Of a DNA stretch of 36,642 bases, positions 35,390 to 36,642 are shown piece after piece. Each line of letters opens with the position of its first letter. The stretch's first letter is position 1. Under the pieces are notes generated by a model that saw nothing but the letters and a program-made list of their open reading frames with translations, did no database searches and was not told the DNA's origin. Source of the stretch: Anaerolineae bacterium (GTDB lineage Bacteria; Chloroflexota; Anaerolineae; Aggregatilineales; Phototrophicaceae). The stretch lies in NCBI GenBank assembly GCA_041737735.1, contig JBGSRB010000435.1:1-36642 (forward strand). Direction: 5' to 3'. A program made the translations under genes and the position numbers.

Positions 35390-35947
35390 ATGACCATGCA
35401 GCTTGAAACCACCCGCTTGATCCTGCGCCCGCCCCAACTCAGTGATGCCGACACCATTTTTCGCTATGTCAGCGATTACGCGATTGCCCGCACCACGCTC
35501 AACATACCGCATCCCTATCCACGCGCAGCCGTAGATGAGTTCATCACCCGCATGAACGAAGCGCACGCCGAACAACGCGGTTTTACATTCGCCGCCACCC
35601 TGCGCACGAACGGTGCGCTGATCGGCATGTGCGGCATTCACCCCGACACCCGCTTTGATCGCGCCGAGATCGGTTATTGGATCGGGCTTCCCTTCTGGCG
35701 CAAGGGCTATGCCAGCGAAGCGACACGCCGTCTAATCGATTTTGGTTTTTCTGACTTGCAGCTTCAGCGCGTGTTCGCCACCTATTTCGCCACGAACATT
35801 GCATCGCGCCGCGTGATGGAAAAAGCAGGCATGACTTACGAGGCGACCGTGCGCCAGCATATCAAGCGACTGGGCGTGTATCACGATCTGGGCTTCTGCG
35901 GCATTCTGCGCGCGGAATGGCTGGCGCAGCGCGCAGCGGCTGAGTGA
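35390..35947 (+). CDS. GNAT N-acetyltransferase, RimJ/RimL family
   Basis: LETTRLILRP, IPHPYP, AEIGYWIG..FWRKGYASEA, N.ASRRVMEKAGM.YE. Confidence 0.92.
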   Translation: MTMQLETTRLILRPPQLSDADTIFRYVSDYAIARTTLNIPHPYPRAAVDEFITRMNEAHAEQRGFTFAATLRTNGALIGMCGIHPDTRFDRAEIGYWIGLPFWRKGYASEATRRLIDFGFSDLQLQRVFATYFATNIASRRVMEKAGMTYEATVRQHIKRLGVYHDLGFCGILRAEWLAQRAAAE

Positions 35948-36023
35948 ACCGCGCTACCGCGTTCAGGCGCGCGCGTGTTATCATAGCAGCATCATTCACT
36001 CATCTCTATCAGGAAGGCGCGCT

Positions 36024-36440
36024 ATGGACATCAATCCGCAGGAAATTATGGCGCTGTTGGGTCCCGGCACCGGCGGCGATATCATCTGGAGTATCTTTCT
36101 CTATTTGATCTTTTTCTTCGCGCTGCTGGCTTTGTTCTTCATGCCCGATAAGAACATGATCCCCACCCTGCTGATCGCCACCGTGCTGCTGTTTACGATT
36201 ATCGCCAAGCTCAGCATCGCCGCCACCAACACCAACCAAACGCCGATTCTGCGCCCCGGCGAATTCGGCATGTTCGTGGTCAACGCGGGCATGTTCGCCT
36301 TTCCGTTTATCGCCATCGGCATGACGCGCGTCACCGGTGTGCGTAAGCGCGGCGCAAATCGCGCGAGCGCGCCCTCATTGATGGCGGGTTTACTCAGCGG
36401 CGTTTACTTCTTCGCCTTCTGGTTCTTCTACCAACAATAA
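36024..36440 (+). CDS. Hypothetical integral membrane protein (about 4 TM)
   Basis: Hydrophobic ORF with AGGAAGG RBS; lies 14 nt before the next gene. Confidence 0.7.
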   Translation: MDINPQEIMALLGPGTGGDIIWSIFLYLIFFFALLALFFMPDKNMIPTLLIATVLLFTIIAKLSIAATNTNQTPILRPGEFGMFVVNAGMFAFPFIAIGMTRVTGVRKRGANRASAPSLMAGLLSGVYFFAFWFFYQQ

Positions 36441-36454
36441 AAGCGAATCTACTC

Positions 36455-36642
36455 ATGACGTTCAATTTAACTGGAAAAGTCGCAGTCATTACCGGTGGCA
36501 CAGGCGCGCTTGGTGATGCGATCACGCGCGGCATCGCTGACGCAGGCGCAGCCGTGGCGATCATCGGGCGTGATGGCGCGAAAGCCGACACGCTGGCAGA
36601 GTCCATCAAGGCGGGGGGCGGGCAAGCGGTCGGCATCAGCGC
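36455..36642 (+). CDS. SDR oxidoreductase, N-terminal part (runs off the window)
   Basis: Manual translation MTFNLTGKVAVITGGTGALGDAITRGIADAGAAVAIIGR..., with the Rossmann TGxxGxxG motif. Confidence 0.85.
   Translation, partial: MTFNLTGKVAVITGGTGALGDAITRGIADAGAAVAIIGRDGAKADTLAESIKAGGGQAVGIS

Noticed and set aside
1-36642. Frequent GATC/CGATCG and GCGCGC words (HIP1-like skew)
   Set aside because: Only a few full GCGATCGC copies were noticed; enrichment cannot be established without a Markov-model count and may reflect codon usage.

Overview
A GC-rich (roughly 58-60% by eye) bacterial chromosomal segment. Gene content and protein style suggest Chloroflexota (Anaerolineae-like); this is an inference. 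From left to right: (1) the start of a UgpB-like sugar/glycerol-phosphate ABC operon on the minus strand. (2) A ~11 kb general-stress-like island (1.7-12.6 kb) with YihY, an AI-2E permease, a four-protein signalling operon (DUF4118-PAS-HisKA kinase, Rcp-type receiver, REC-PAS-HisKA_3 hybrid kinase, NarL/LuxR regulator), CsbD, a CorA-like channel lacking the GMN motif, an SDR, a membrane protein and an unannotated 54-aa DUF1328/YtjA ORF. An identical 12-bp box, CCACTTGACCTA, lies exactly 46 nt upstream of a -10-like hexamer in front of yihY, csbD and the DUF1328 gene, which suggests a regulon controlled by the local NarL-type regulator. (3) A plus-strand housekeeping run: NDP-sugar epimerase, pentapeptide-repeat protein, family-4 UDG, VOC protein, GH57 glucanotransferase, SLC13 permease, rarA, DUF6062, aldo-keto reductase, ThuA-like protein. 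(4) A minus-strand methionine operon headed by a sigma70 promoter and a complete SAM-I riboswitch. Besides metH and yitJ it carries an output-less c-heme DUF3365 sensor, a low-GC orphan Mrr-like nuclease and two hypothetical membrane proteins. (5) A TetR regulator, hypothetical exported/membrane proteins, a RimJ/RimL acetyltransferase and a truncated SDR. No rRNA, tRNA, CRISPR array, transposase or integrase was seen.
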